A DNA stretch of 64,000 nt from Alphaproteobacteria bacterium. Its GTDB lineage: Bacteria > Pseudomonadota > Alphaproteobacteria > SHVV01. This document shows positions 17,633 to 27,475 of this stretch, one piece after another. A program made the position numbers and the translations under genes. How positions within the stretch are numbered: position 1 is the stretch's first letter; each line of letters opens with the position of its first letter. The notes below the pieces were generated by a model that was not told the origin of the DNA, made no database searches, and saw only the letters and a program-made list of their open reading frames with translations. The stretch spans positions 64,001-128,000 of the forward strand of contig OZ253470.1 of the NCBI GenBank assembly GCA_965261735.1, given 5' to 3'.

Positions 17633-18855
17633 GGAGAGTCGAGGCGGATCGGAAAGACCGCATAGTTGCCCTGCGGATTGTCGGGCTTGCGCTGCGCCGG
17701 GAGATCGGGATCGGGCCGCATCCCGGCTTGGTACAGCTCGTGGAGGATGCGGACCATCAGCCCCGGCGCCGCCGCGCCAGCCTCACCGACGGCGAAGCCC
17801 TGGCCGATACACGTGTGGGCCCCGCCACCGAAAGTCAGGCCATAGGGTTGGGCGCCCACCGCGCGTCGACGCGGGATTCGGAAGCTGTCAGCCTCGGCGC
17901 CGAAGACTTGCCCATCCCTGTTGGCGGCCGCGAAATCGAGCAAGATGTGCTCCCCGGCGCGCATGGCCCGGCCCGTCGACAACACGGTGTCACGTTGCGT
18001 GACCCGGTGCTTCGGCGGCCCCGGTGGATGGAGGCGCAGGCCCTCGCACACGGCGTCGCGCAGGAAGCCCATGTCGCGGAGTTTGGCGATATCCGCCGGG
18101 CGCCGCTCGATCCAGGCGGCGAGTTCAACAACGATGTGCGGTAGAGCGTTGGTCGGCGAAAAGAGCCCGCCGGTGAGGTACATCATCGCTTCGCGAACCG
18201 CGAGGTCATCGTCCCACTCTTCGAAATAGTGCCGATCGCGGATGATGAGCGTGAGCAGGTCGTCCGGGTGCGCGCCCGGATCGCCGTCCTCGGCCGCCAC
18301 GAGGGCCAACCGCCGCGACCAGGACGGCTTGAAATAGCACTCGACGAAGCGGCGCTTGGCCGCGAGCGCTTCGCGCATCACCCGGGTGCCCTCGCGCGGC
18401 GACCAGTGCACGTGGCTGCCCTCGGTGATCAACTCGGCGTCGCCATAGAACTCGGTGGCGGCCGCGAGCCGGTCGAGACCGTCAATCCCGGCGATCGCGG
18501 CCGAAACCGCAAGGTACATCGGCCTCACGAGAGCTTGCAGGTCCGCACGGACCACCCCATCGGCGCCAGGCGATGCTCGGCAGGCCTCGAGCCCGCGGCG
18601 GATGGCCGGGAGCAGCACCCGGCCGTCGTAATCGGCGAGAGCCTCCTTACGGAACAGGACCGCCTCGAGGCGTCGGCGCTCGAAGTGCTCACGGCCTTCG
18701 AGCGCCGTCAGGGTATGCGCCCGGAAGGGTGCGTTCGTGCCCTGCCCCCACCCGGGGGCAAAGTCCTTCGACTTAAAGATCTCCTCGACTTCGACGAAGG
18801 ACGTGACCAGGGTCATGTCCGCGAATGCGGGGTCGGCCATGCCCTGGGCGCTCAT
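17629..18855 (-). CDS. Cytochrome P450
   Basis: Heme motif FGGGAHTCIG, ExxR (EGLR), AANRD. Confidence 0.92.
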   Translation of the reverse strand: MSAQGMADPAFADMTLVTSFVEVEEIFKSKDFAPGWGQGTNAPFRAHTLTALEGREHFERRRLEAVLFRKEALADYDGRVLLPAIRRGLEACRASPGADGVVRADLQALVRPMYLAVSAAIAGIDGLDRLAAATEFYGDAELITEGSHVHWSPREGTRVMREALAAKRRFVECYFKPSWSRRLALVAAEDGDPGAHPDDLLTLIIRDRHYFEEWDDDLAVREAMMYLTGGLFSPTNALPHIVVELAAWIERRPADIAKLRDMGFLRDAVCEGLRLHPPGPPKHRVTQRDTVLSTGRAMRAGEHILLDFAAANRDGQVFGAEADSFRIPRRRAVGAQPYGLTFGGGAHTCIGQGFAVGEAGAAAPGLMVRILHELYQAGMRPDPDLPAQRKPDNPQGNYAVFPIRLDSP

Positions 18856-18907
18856 CCCCTCGTCGAAGCCGCGGGATCGACCATTATGCGCGCGCGGCTT
18901 CCTCGCC

Positions 18908-19990
18908 TCAGCGGGTCCGCCACTCGTTCCAGCGAGTCCGGATCTCGGAGAGCCGCGGGCTGTACCACTCGGGATCGATGACGACCGTGGTCTTCACGTA
19001 CTCCGGCGCGGTCGACAGGATGGCGCGCACCTTGGGATCGATGAACTTGTGCGCGTTGAGATTGGAGACGGCGTAGTAGGAGCGGCTGGCGTAGGTGCCC
19101 TGCGCCTCGGCCGTTCCGCAGTAGCCGATCACGTGAGACGCATTCTGGGGGTGCTTGGCGCCCTTCGGAATGACCATCATGCTGCCGAAATCGCGGATGT
19201 GGGTCTCGGGTACGATCTGGAACGGCGCCCCTTGAACGACGGCGTCCCACCCGCGGCCGGTCCACGCCGAGATGAGATCGACTTCCTTGCGCAGCATGGC
19301 CTGCGTCTGGACCGCGCCCTTTTCGTACCAGAAGGTTACATGAGGCTTGAGCTCGTCGAGCTTCTTGAAGATGCGGTCGAGGTCCATGGGATAGGTCTTG
19401 TCGGGCGGAATGCCGAGCGCGCGCGAGGCGGCCTCGAAATTGCCGTTGGTGCGGGCGCGGGCGTCGATGCCGCGCGGCCCGGGGAACTTTTTCGCGTCCC
19501 AGAAGTCGGCCCACGTCTTGGGGTGATTGTCGCCCGGCCACTTCTCCTTGTTGTAGAACATGACCCAGCCGAAGGTATCGAAGGTGATCGCGTAATCACC
19601 CCACTTGTGCTGGTACTGGTTGGGGGTGAGCGTGCTCTTGTCGATGACGCTGTAGTCGAGCTTCTCGAGGTAGCCGCCTTCGATCGCCGCGGCGATCTCG
19701 GAGGACGGAAGCTTGGAGGTATCGAACTGCGGCGTGCCCGCCTTGACCTGCGCCACGATCTGCCCCAATGCCGCACGCCCCTCGGAGTAGATAACCTTGA
19801 TGCCGGTCTCTTTCTCGAACTTATTGAGGCACGCTTCCTCGTGTCCGAGCCGCGACATGCCGCCGCCGGCCACCCAAATGACCTCCGGGTCTTCGGCCGA
19901 GCGCGCCGACTCCACCGGAAACGCAGCCACAACCGCAGCCGCCGAGGCACCGGCGATGAATACCTTGAGCAAGCTTCGTTTACTGGTCAT
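18908..19990 (-). CDS. ABC transporter substrate-binding protein (PotD/PotF-like)
   Basis: Signal peptide, FEKETGIKV, LEKLDYSVID, PKTWADFWDAKKFPGPRG. GGAGGAGG RBS. Confidence 0.88.
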   Translation of the reverse strand: MTSKRSLLKVFIAGASAAAVVAAFPVESARSAEDPEVIWVAGGGMSRLGHEEACLNKFEKETGIKVIYSEGRAALGQIVAQVKAGTPQFDTSKLPSSEIAAAIEGGYLEKLDYSVIDKSTLTPNQYQHKWGDYAITFDTFGWVMFYNKEKWPGDNHPKTWADFWDAKKFPGPRGIDARARTNGNFEAASRALGIPPDKTYPMDLDRIFKKLDELKPHVTFWYEKGAVQTQAMLRKEVDLISAWTGRGWDAVVQGAPFQIVPETHIRDFGSMMVIPKGAKHPQNASHVIGYCGTAEAQGTYASRSYYAVSNLNAHKFIDPKVRAILSTAPEYVKTTVVIDPEWYSPRLSEIRTRWNEWRTR

Positions 19991-20088
19991 GTTTTGACCC
20001 TCCTCCCTTGTGTTGCGGCGCCGAGTTTAGGCTTGAAGCGCCGGCTTTGCCAGTCTCGCCATTACGCAGCCAGGGCGCGCGCGACTCT

Positions 20089-20430
20089 CTACCGTGGCTC
20101 GATCTCTTGAACGGGGCGCAGGAACTCCCGATCGCTGATCCCGCCGGGGCCGATGACGTAGTACCAGCCGTCGCGCGCCGCTAGCCGCACCGATTGGCCG
20201 AGAACGCTCACGAGCTTTCCCTTCTCGCGGAATGTGACACCGACGATGGGCCCGAGATCGGCGCCGCGGGCAGCCTGATCGCCGAAGAGGTTATAGGCGC
20301 GCTTGCCGATCGCCCCGCAATAGGGCCCGCCAGGGTCGCGCAGGCACGCGTTGGAAAACGCCAACGCCGGCCCGGCCAGGAGCAGGAGGAGCACCACGAC
20401 GCAATAGCTCGCTCTCGACGCGATCCTCAT
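20089..20430 (-). CDS. Hypothetical small secreted protein
   Basis: Hydrophobic signal peptide ending GPALA; Cys pair in the mature N-terminus; GGAAGG upstream. Confidence 0.55.
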   Translation of the reverse strand: MRIASRASYCVVVLLLLLAGPALAFSNACLRDPGGPYCGAIGKRAYNLFGDQAARGADLGPIVGVTFREKGKLVSVLGQSVRLAARDGWYYVIGPGGISDREFLRPVQEIEPR

Positions 20431-20461
20431 CGCCGGCCTTCCGCACAGGTGGCTGGACGTC

Positions 20462-20537
20462 TGGTAGGCGCGCCCGGACTCGAACCGGGGACCCTCTGAT
20501 TAAAAGTCAGATGCTCTGCCAGCTGAGCTACGCGCCC
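20462..20537 (-). tRNA. tRNA-Lys(UUU)
   Basis: Reverse complement GGGCGCGTAGCTCAGCTGGCAGAGCATCTGACTTTTAATCAGAGGGTCCCCGGTTCGAGTCCGGGCGCGCCTACCA: 76 nt, anticodon TTT, encoded CCA. Confidence 0.97.
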
Positions 20538-20609
20538 CTGGAAAACGCCCTCGCGCGGCACCATAGGCAGCACCCCGGAGCCGGTCAACTCGCACACCAG
20601 GCGAGGCGC

Positions 20610-21752
20610 TCACGGCGCGCCGATATCGCCACGGGCCTGTTCGGTGCTGAAGGTGTCGGCGAAGGCGGCGAAACCGCCCACCTCGATGGCGGCGCGCAGG
20701 TCCGCCATCAGGTCCTGGTAGTAAGTTAGGTTGTGCCGGGTGAGCAGGATCGGCCCGAGCATCTCGCGCGCCCGGAACAGGTGGTGGAGGTAGGCGCGGC
20801 TGTGGCCGGTGCAGGTCGGGCATGAGCACGTCGAATCGAGGGGCCGTGCATCGGCGGCGTGGCGTGCGTTGCGCAAGGCGACGGGACCGCGCCGCGTAAA
20901 GGCCTGGCCGGTGCGGCCCGAGCGCGTCGGCAGCACGCAGTCGAACAGGTCGATGCCGCGCGCCACGGCGGCGGCGACGTCGGCCGGCTTGCCCACCCCC
21001 ATGAGATAGCGCGGCTTGTGCGCGGGCAGCTGAGGCGCGGTATCCGCGACCACGCGGAGCATCGCGTCGGTTCCTTCGCCCACGGCGAGGCCGCCGAGCG
21101 CGTAGCCGTCGAAGTTCATGTCGACGAGCCGGGCGGCGCACTCGGCACGGAGCGCGGGAAAGACGCCACCTTGAACGATGCCGAACAGAGCACCCGGGGC
21201 GCGGTCGCCGCCCAAGGCCGCGAGGCAGCGCTCGGCCCAGGCGAGCGTGAGCCGCATCGAGTCGCGCGCCTGGTCCTCGGTCACCGGAAAGGGCGTGCAC
21301 TCGTCGAGCGCCATGGCGATATCGACGCCGAGCAGTCCCTGGATTTCGATACATCGCTCGGGCGAGAGCTCGTGGCGGCTGCCGTCGAGGTGGGAGCGAA
21401 AGACGACGCCGTGCGCCGACAACTCGCGCAGGCTTGCCAGCGACATCACCTGATAGCCGCCCGAATCGGTCAGCAGCGGCCCGTCCCAGTTCATGAAGCG
21501 ATGCAGGCCGCCGAGCGCCGCGATCGTCTCGGCGCCGGGGCGTAGCATCAGGTGGTAGGTGTTGGCGAGGACGATCTCCGCCCCGGTCTGCTTGAGGGCG
21601 GAGGGCGTCATCGCCTTGACGGTGGCGGCGGTACCTACCGGCATGAACGCGGGCGTCCGCACGATGCCGTGCGCGGTGCCGAGCCGCCCGGTACGCGCCT
21701 CGCCATCACGCGCCACGAGCTCGAAGCTCAGGCCCGCGGACCCCTGGGTCAT
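20610..21752 (-). CDS. tgt: Queuine tRNA-ribosyltransferase
   Basis: [32 protein letters not shown], Zn motif CSCPTC...H. ATGA overlap with queA. Confidence 0.96.
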   Translation of the reverse strand: MTQGSAGLSFELVARDGEARTGRLGTAHGIVRTPAFMPVGTAATVKAMTPSALKQTGAEIVLANTYHLMLRPGAETIAALGGLHRFMNWDGPLLTDSGGYQVMSLASLRELSAHGVVFRSHLDGSRHELSPERCIEIQGLLGVDIAMALDECTPFPVTEDQARDSMRLTLAWAERCLAALGGDRAPGALFGIVQGGVFPALRAECAARLVDMNFDGYALGGLAVGEGTDAMLRVVADTAPQLPAHKPRYLMGVGKPADVAAAVARGIDLFDCVLPTRSGRTGQAFTRRGPVALRNARHAADARPLDSTCSCPTCTGHSRAYLHHLFRAREMLGPILLTRHNLTYYQDLMADLRAAIEVGGFAAFADTFSTEQARGDIGAP

Positions 21753-22786
21753 TCCCCGGCCCGCCGAAGAAGACAGGCATCGCCGTAGGAGTAGAAGCGG
21801 TAGGAGTGGGCCTTGGCGTACGTATATGCCCGCTTCATGCGCGCCAACCCGGCAAAGGCCGCGACGAGCATGAACAGCGTCGATCGCGGCAGGTGGAAAT
21901 TGGTGAGTAGGCGATCGGCCGCCTTGAAGCGGTAGCCGGGCGTGATGAACAGGTCCGTCTCGCCGTCGAACGGGCGGACGATGCCGTCTGCCCCGGCGGC
22001 GCTTTCCAGCAGGCGCAGGCTCGTCGTGCCGACGGCGACGATGCTGCCGCCGGCTTCGCGCGCCCTGTTGATGGCCTGCGCCGCAGCCGCATCGAGCCGA
22101 CCCCATTCGCCCGGTAGATGGTGCTCTTCGGTATCCTCGGCGGTGACCGGAAGGAACGTGCCGGCCCCCACGTGCAAGGTCACGCGCGCCTGGCCAACCC
22201 CGCGCCGACCGAGCTCGCGGAGCAACCGCTTCGTGAAGTGCAACCCCGCCGTCGGCGCGGCGACAGCACCCTCGCGAGTCGCGAATACGGTTTGATAGTC
22301 GCGGCGGTCGCGGGCATCCGGTGCGCGACGGCGCGCGATGTAGGGGGGTAGCGGCACGCTGCCGTGGCGCTTCAACGCCGCGTCAAGCGACGCACCCGCG
22401 CGGTTGAAGCACAGCGTGCGCGAGCCGCCCGCACCTGTGGCGACGACGGCCGCGTGCAGATCCGACGCGAAGACGAGCTCGGTTCCGAGACGCACTTTGC
22501 GCGCGGGTCTCGCGAAGGCCTCCCAGCGTGCCGGCGCCGTGGGCTTGTACAGCATCACCTCGACCGCGCCACCACCCGGAAGCCGGCCCTCCAGGAGCGC
22601 CGGGATCACGCGGGTGTCGTTGAATACGAGAACGTCGCCCGGCGTGAGAAGGCCGGGCAGATCGCGTACCACGCGATCCTCGAACTCTCCCTCAACCACG
22701 AGCAGCTTTGCCGCATCGCGTGGCGAGGTGGGGCGCAGCGCGATGCGCCTGCGCGGCAGATCGAAGTCGAAGAGGGCGACTTTCAT
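21749..22786 (-). CDS. queA: S-adenosylmethionine:tRNA ribosyltransferase-isomerase
   Basis: [51 protein letters not shown]. Confidence 0.97.
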   Translation of the reverse strand: MKVALFDFDLPRRRIALRPTSPRDAAKLLVVEGEFEDRVVRDLPGLLTPGDVLVFNDTRVIPALLEGRLPGGGAVEVMLYKPTAPARWEAFARPARKVRLGTELVFASDLHAAVVATGAGGSRTLCFNRAGASLDAALKRHGSVPLPPYIARRRAPDARDRRDYQTVFATREGAVAAPTAGLHFTKRLLRELGRRGVGQARVTLHVGAGTFLPVTAEDTEEHHLPGEWGRLDAAAAQAINRAREAGGSIVAVGTTSLRLLESAAGADGIVRPFDGETDLFITPGYRFKAADRLLTNFHLPRSTLFMLVAAFAGLARMKRAYTYAKAHSYRFYSYGDACLLRRAGE

Positions 22787-22830
22787 TGCCGGGGGGGGCC
22801 GCGCGACGCTCGGGCCGTGCGCCGGGTGGA

Positions 22831-23382
22831 TTACTCTGCGACGTCCGAAGCCACGCGAATACGGATGATGCGGTCGGGATCGGTCACCCGCCCATTGCGC
22901 CCCCGATCGCCGCGCTTGATGCCGTCGACGAGCGACATGCCCTCGATCACCTTGCCCCACACCGTGTATTTACGGTCGAGGCTGCGTGCCGGCGCGAACA
23001 TGATGAAGAACTGGCTATCGGCGCTGTTCGGGTTGTTGCTGCGCGCCATGGATACGATGCCGCGGACATGACGCTCGTCGGAAAACTCGGCCTTGAGCTT
23101 GTGGCCGGAGCCGCCGGAGCCGGTGCCGGTGGGGTCGCCCGTTTGCGCCATGAAGCCTTCGATCACACGGTGGAACGGGGCACCGTCATAAAAGCCCTGG
23201 CGGACCAGCTCCTTGATGCGCGCGACATGCCGGGGCGCCAGGTCGGGCCTGGTTTCGATAATCACCTCGCCGGAGGCGAGCTCGAGAATCAGCAGATCCT
23301 CGCGATCGGCGGCGCGCGCTGTCGCGGAACTCAATCCGACCATCAAAATAACCGCAAAGAAAACAAGACTTGATCTGCCCAT
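22831..23382 (-). CDS. Cyclophilin-type peptidyl-prolyl isomerase, exported
   Basis: [28 protein letters not shown]; signal peptide. Confidence 0.93.
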   Translation of the reverse strand: MGRSSLVFFAVILMVGLSSATARAADREDLLILELASGEVIIETRPDLAPRHVARIKELVRQGFYDGAPFHRVIEGFMAQTGDPTGTGSGGSGHKLKAEFSDERHVRGIVSMARSNNPNSADSQFFIMFAPARSLDRKYTVWGKVIEGMSLVDGIKRGDRGRNGRVTDPDRIIRIRVASDVAE

Positions 23383-23391
23383 ATGTCCTCC

Positions 23392-23913
23392 TCAGCGCCG
23401 CGCGGCTCGCTTGGCGCCAATCGCCAGATGGCTGGCGATGTGCGATGCCACGTTGGCCGGGACGAAGCCGCTTACGTCACCACCCAGGCGCGCGATCTCC
23501 TTGACCAGGCGCGACGAGATGAACTGGTGCCGCTCCGAGGCCATGAGGAACACGGTATCTATGGACGGATCGAGGCGTGCGTTCATGCCGACCATCTGGA
23601 ACTCGATGTCGAAATCGGAGACGGCCCGCAGGCCGCGTACGATAACCCCGGCGCCCATCTCCGCGGCGAATTGCGTGAGCAGATTGTCGAAAGGCTGCAC
23701 CTCGATCGCGGCAGCGCCGTTGAGGGGCGTCACCTCTGCGCGTACCAGCGCGACGCGGTCCTCGAGGCTGAACATCGGGTTCTTGTCGTTGTTGACGGCG
23801 ACGCCGATGATCAGGCGATCGACCAGCCTAGAGGCGCGCGTGATGATGTCGGCATGACCGTTGGTGATGGGATCGAATGTCCCCGGATAAACGCCCACGA
23901 GTGCCTTGGCCAC
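23392..23913 (-). CDS. coaD: Phosphopantetheine adenylyltransferase
   Basis: YPGTFDPITNGH, RGLRAVSDF, ISSRLVKEIA. GTG start after GGAGGA. Confidence 0.96.
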   Translation of the reverse strand: MAKALVGVYPGTFDPITNGHADIITRASRLVDRLIIGVAVNNDKNPMFSLEDRVALVRAEVTPLNGAAAIEVQPFDNLLTQFAAEMGAGVIVRGLRAVSDFDIEFQMVGMNARLDPSIDTVFLMASERHQFISSRLVKEIARLGGDVSGFVPANVASHIASHLAIGAKRAARR

Positions 23914-23924
23914 GCGATCCTCCC

Positions 23925-26654
23925 CTACGCGTCGTCGATTTCCTCGTCGCCCCCGGTTTCGGCCTCGTCGACCGCCTCCCCCTCGCCGTCCTCGGCGGAG
24001 ACCTCCGGAAGCCACGCCACGGAAACGACACGCTCATCGGCTTCGGTCCGAAACAAAGTTACACCTTGGGTATTGCGCCCGGCAAAGCGGATGTCGTCGA
24101 CCGGCGTGCGGATCAACTGGCCGTGGTCCGTGACGAGCATGACCTGGTCCCCATCGGCGGCGGGAAAGGACGAGACGACCGGGCCGTTGCGCTCCGAGGT
24201 TACGATATTGATGATGCCCTGGCCGCCGCGCGTGGTGACGCGGTACTCGTAGGCGGAGGTTCGCTTGCCGTAGCCGTTCTCAGTGACGCTGAGGACGAAC
24301 TCTTCGGCCGCCGCCAACTCCGCCGCGCGTTCGCTACCGATACCGCTCGCCTGGGAAGGCGCCGCGGCTTCTTCGTCGCTTCGGCCTTCCCGGCGTCGCG
24401 AGCGTAGGTAGGCGTCGCGCTGCTCGGTGTCGGCCTCGACGTGGTGCAGGATCGACATGGAGATTACCGCGTCGTCGCGCACGAGCCTCATCCCGCGGAC
24501 ACCGATGGTGGCGCGCCCACCGTGCATCCGCAGCTCGGCGACTGCGAAGCGGATGCATTTTCCCTTCCGCGATACGAGCAACACGTCGTCGGTATCAGTG
24601 GCAGTGGCAACGCCGATCAGCCGGTCGCCTTCCTCCAGCTTGATGGCAATGATTCCAGTCGACAGCACGTTGCTGAACTTGCTGAGCAGGATAGGCCGGA
24701 CGATTCCGCGGGTGGTCGCAAATACCGCGACGAGCTCGGCCCACGCCCCCTCGTCCTCCGGCAGCGGCATCAGCGTCGCGATGGTCTCGCCCTCGGCAAG
24801 CGGCAACACGTTGACCATCGCCTTGCCCCGCGCCTGAGGCGTACCCAGAGGCAGGGCATACGCCTTGAGCTTGTAGACCTTGCCGGTCGTCGAGAAGAAA
24901 AGTACCGGGGTGTGGGTATTGACGACGAAAACACGGGTAACGAAGTCCTCCTCCCGGGTGCTCATGCCGGCCCGCCCCTTGCCGCCGCGCCGCTGCGCGC
25001 GGTAGGTGCTGAGCGGAACCCGTTTGATGTAGCCGGTGTGGGTGACGGTAACGACCATCTCCTCGCGCTTGATGAGCTCTTCCTCGTCTTGCTCGAACTC
25101 GCCCTCCAGGATGGTGGTGCGGCGCGGCGTGCCGAACTTCTTCTTGATGGCCACCAGCTCATCGCGCAGCACCCGATATAGGCGGGTCCGACTGCGCAGA
25201 ATGTCGAGATAGTCGACGATGCGCTCGACCAGCGTTTGGAGCTCGCTGCCGATGCGATCGCGTTCGAGCGCGGTGAGGCGCTGAAGGCGAAGATCCAGGA
25301 TCGCCCGCGCCTGGGCCTCCGAGAGACGGTAGTCACCGTCGACGACCCCCTGTCCGGGCGTATCGATGAGCTCGATGAGCGACGTTACCTCGCCCGCCGG
25401 CCAGGCCTCGGCCATCAGGCGCTCGCGCGCTTTGGCCGGGTCGGGCGCCTTGCGGATGAGCGCGACGACGGCGTCGATGTTGGCGACGGCCACCGCGAGA
25501 CCGATCAGCACTTCCGCTCGCTCCCGCGCCTTGGCGAGTTCGAACTTCGTGCGCCGGGTGATGACCTCCTCGCGAAAGGTGACGAACGCGGCGATGACAT
25601 CGCGCAGGCCCAAGAGCTCCGGCCGGCCGCCGGTAAGCGCCAGCATGTTGACGCCAAAGCTCGTTTGCAGCGGGGTAAACCGATAGAGCTGATTGAGAAC
25701 GAGGTCGGCGTTGACCTCGCGCCGGAGCTCGATAACGACCCTCACGCCATCGCGGTCGGACTCGTCGCGCAGCTCCGCTATACCCTCGACTCGTTTGCTG
25801 CGCGCGACCTCGGCAATCTGCTCGATCAGGCGCGACTTGTTCACCTGATAGGGGATTTCCGTGACGACGATGACGGGACGGTCGCGGCCTGCCTCCTCCA
25901 TGCGCACGCGGCTGCGCATGACGATGGAGCCGCGCCCGAGGTGATAGGCGGCGCGCGCACCCGCCGAGCCGAGGATGAAGCCGCCGGTCGGAAAGTCCGG
26001 CGCCGGCACGTGCGTCATCAGCTCCTCGACCTCTATCTCCGGATTGTCGACAAAGGCGCAACAGGCGTCGATCACCTCACCGAGATTGTGGGGCGGAATG
26101 TTCGTCGCCATGCCCACCGCAATGCCACCTGCGCCGTTGACCAGCAGGTTGGGAAAGCGCGCCGGCAGCACCGTTGGCTCGAGCGTCGTGTCGTCGTAGT
26201 TGGCGCGGAAGTCGACCGTGTCCTTGTCGATGTCGTCGAGCAGGGCGCGCGCGACCTCGGCCAGGCGGACCTCGGTGTAGCGCATCGCCGCAGGCGGATC
26301 GCCGTCCATCGAGCCGAAATTGCCCTGGCCGTCGATCAGTTGGAGCCGCATGGCGAAGTCCTGCGCCATGCGGACCATGGCGTCGTAGATCGCCTGGTCG
26401 CCGTGCGGGTGATACTTGCCCATGACGTCGCCAACGATGCGCGCCGCCTTACGGTAAGCGCGGTTCCAGTCGTTACCGGTCTCGTCCATCCCGTAAAGGA
26501 TGCGCCGGTGCACCGGCTTGAGCCCATCGCGCACGTCGGGCAAGGCGCGCGCGACGATGACGCTCATGGCGTAATCGAGGTAGGAGCGCCGCATCTCCTC
26601 CTCGATGCTGATCGGCGAGATGTCTTGGTCGGGCGGTACGAGGGTGTCGGTCAA
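23925..26654 (-). CDS. gyrA: DNA gyrase subunit A
   Basis: [21 protein letters not shown], GyrA-box QRRGGKG, acidic tail. Confidence 0.98.
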   Translation of the reverse strand: MTDTLVPPDQDISPISIEEEMRRSYLDYAMSVIVARALPDVRDGLKPVHRRILYGMDETGNDWNRAYRKAARIVGDVMGKYHPHGDQAIYDAMVRMAQDFAMRLQLIDGQGNFGSMDGDPPAAMRYTEVRLAEVARALLDDIDKDTVDFRANYDDTTLEPTVLPARFPNLLVNGAGGIAVGMATNIPPHNLGEVIDACCAFVDNPEIEVEELMTHVPAPDFPTGGFILGSAGARAAYHLGRGSIVMRSRVRMEEAGRDRPVIVVTEIPYQVNKSRLIEQIAEVARSKRVEGIAELRDESDRDGVRVVIELRREVNADLVLNQLYRFTPLQTSFGVNMLALTGGRPELLGLRDVIAAFVTFREEVITRRTKFELAKARERAEVLIGLAVAVANIDAVVALIRKAPDPAKARERLMAEAWPAGEVTSLIELIDTPGQGVVDGDYRLSEAQARAILDLRLQRLTALERDRIGSELQTLVERIVDYLDILRSRTRLYRVLRDELVAIKKKFGTPRRTTILEGEFEQDEEELIKREEMVVTVTHTGYIKRVPLSTYRAQRRGGKGRAGMSTREEDFVTRVFVVNTHTPVLFFSTTGKVYKLKAYALPLGTPQARGKAMVNVLPLAEGETIATLMPLPEDEGAWAELVAVFATTRGIVRPILLSKFSNVLSTGIIAIKLEEGDRLIGVATATDTDDVLLVSRKGKCIRFAVAELRMHGGRATIGVRGMRLVRDDAVISMSILHHVEADTEQRDAYLRSRRREGRSDEEAAAPSQASGIGSERAAELAAAEEFVLSVTENGYGKRTSAYEYRVTTRGGQGIINIVTSERNGPVVSSFPAADGDQVMLVTDHGQLIRTPVDDIRFAGRNTQGVTLFRTEADERVVSVAWLPEVSAEDGEGEAVDEAETGGDEEIDDA

Positions 26655-26787
26655 CGGGGTGGTTGGTGTTTGGGGGTTGTGTTTGCGATCGACGGAAGCG
26701 TTGCCGGTGCACCGGCGTGGTCAGGCGGTTGCGCTAGCGGCCGGGCTAGCGGCAGGGCCAGCTCGACTGCCGGCCCTCTGTCGCGAC

Positions 26788-27249
26788 TCAAAAGGGAATT
26801 TCGTCGTCGATGTCGGCACCCGCCTCGGCCTGATAAGGAGGTGCCGAACCCGCGCCCGTGCCCGCCTCGGCCCCGGCGAATCCCTCGCTCGCGGCGGCGC
26901 GGCTGTCGAGCATCGTGAGTTCACCGCGAAATCGCCCGAGGACGACCTCGGTGGTGTAGCGGTCCTGGCCCGAAGCGTCGGTCCACTTCCGTGTTTGCAG
27001 CTGACCCTCGAGATAGACCTTCGAGCCCTTCTTTATGTATTGCTCGGCGATGCGGCCCAAATTCTCGTTGAAGATCACTACCCGGTGCCATTCTGTGCGC
27101 TCGCGGCGCTCCCCGCTGGCGCGATCCTTCCACGATTCCGAGGTTGCGACGGACAGGTTGACGATCGGGCTCCCATCCTGTGTGTGGCGGACCTCGGGAT
27201 CGCGGCCCAAATTGCCGACGAGGATCACCTTATTGACGCTGCCTGCCAT
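26788..27249 (-). CDS. ssb: Single-stranded DNA-binding protein
   Basis: [19 protein letters not shown]...DDEIPF. Confidence 0.98.
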   Translation of the reverse strand: MAGSVNKVILVGNLGRDPEVRHTQDGSPIVNLSVATSESWKDRASGERRERTEWHRVVIFNENLGRIAEQYIKKGSKVYLEGQLQTRKWTDASGQDRYTTEVVLGRFRGELTMLDSRAAASEGFAGAEAGTGAGSAPPYQAEAGADIDDEIPF

Positions 27250-27475
27250 GACCGGGCCTCGAATTCAGTAACAGTTTCAAGGCTCTCGCCTCCCCTAAAG
27301 GTCGTGGAGAGAGCCTGCCGGGCATCTTACGCGGATTCATCCGGCCGCCGCCACCGGCAAAATGCGACGGCCTCGGCCGCCGCGTTTCGGGCGTTTGCAT
27401 TTTGCTTCAACGGCGCTCAACATGTGCTTTCTAGCACTCGATCGTACGGGTACACCGCTCTCACCAGCGTCAAGA

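Noticed and set aside
20030-20075. Sigma54 -24/-12 promoter upstream of the SBP operon
   Set aside because: Two GG-N10-GC matches exist but both lack TTGC; expected by chance in GC-rich DNA.
26385-26412. GyrA HPHGDQA (Gln at the Ser83-equivalent position) as a quinolone-resistance mutation
   Set aside because: Non-Ser residues at this position occur naturally in Alphaproteobacteria; no evidence of selection.
27250-27475. LexA box (GTTC-N7-GTTC / GAAC-N7-GAAC) expected between ssb and uvrA
   Set aside because: The closest match is CAAC-N6-CAAC, with wrong spacing and sequence.
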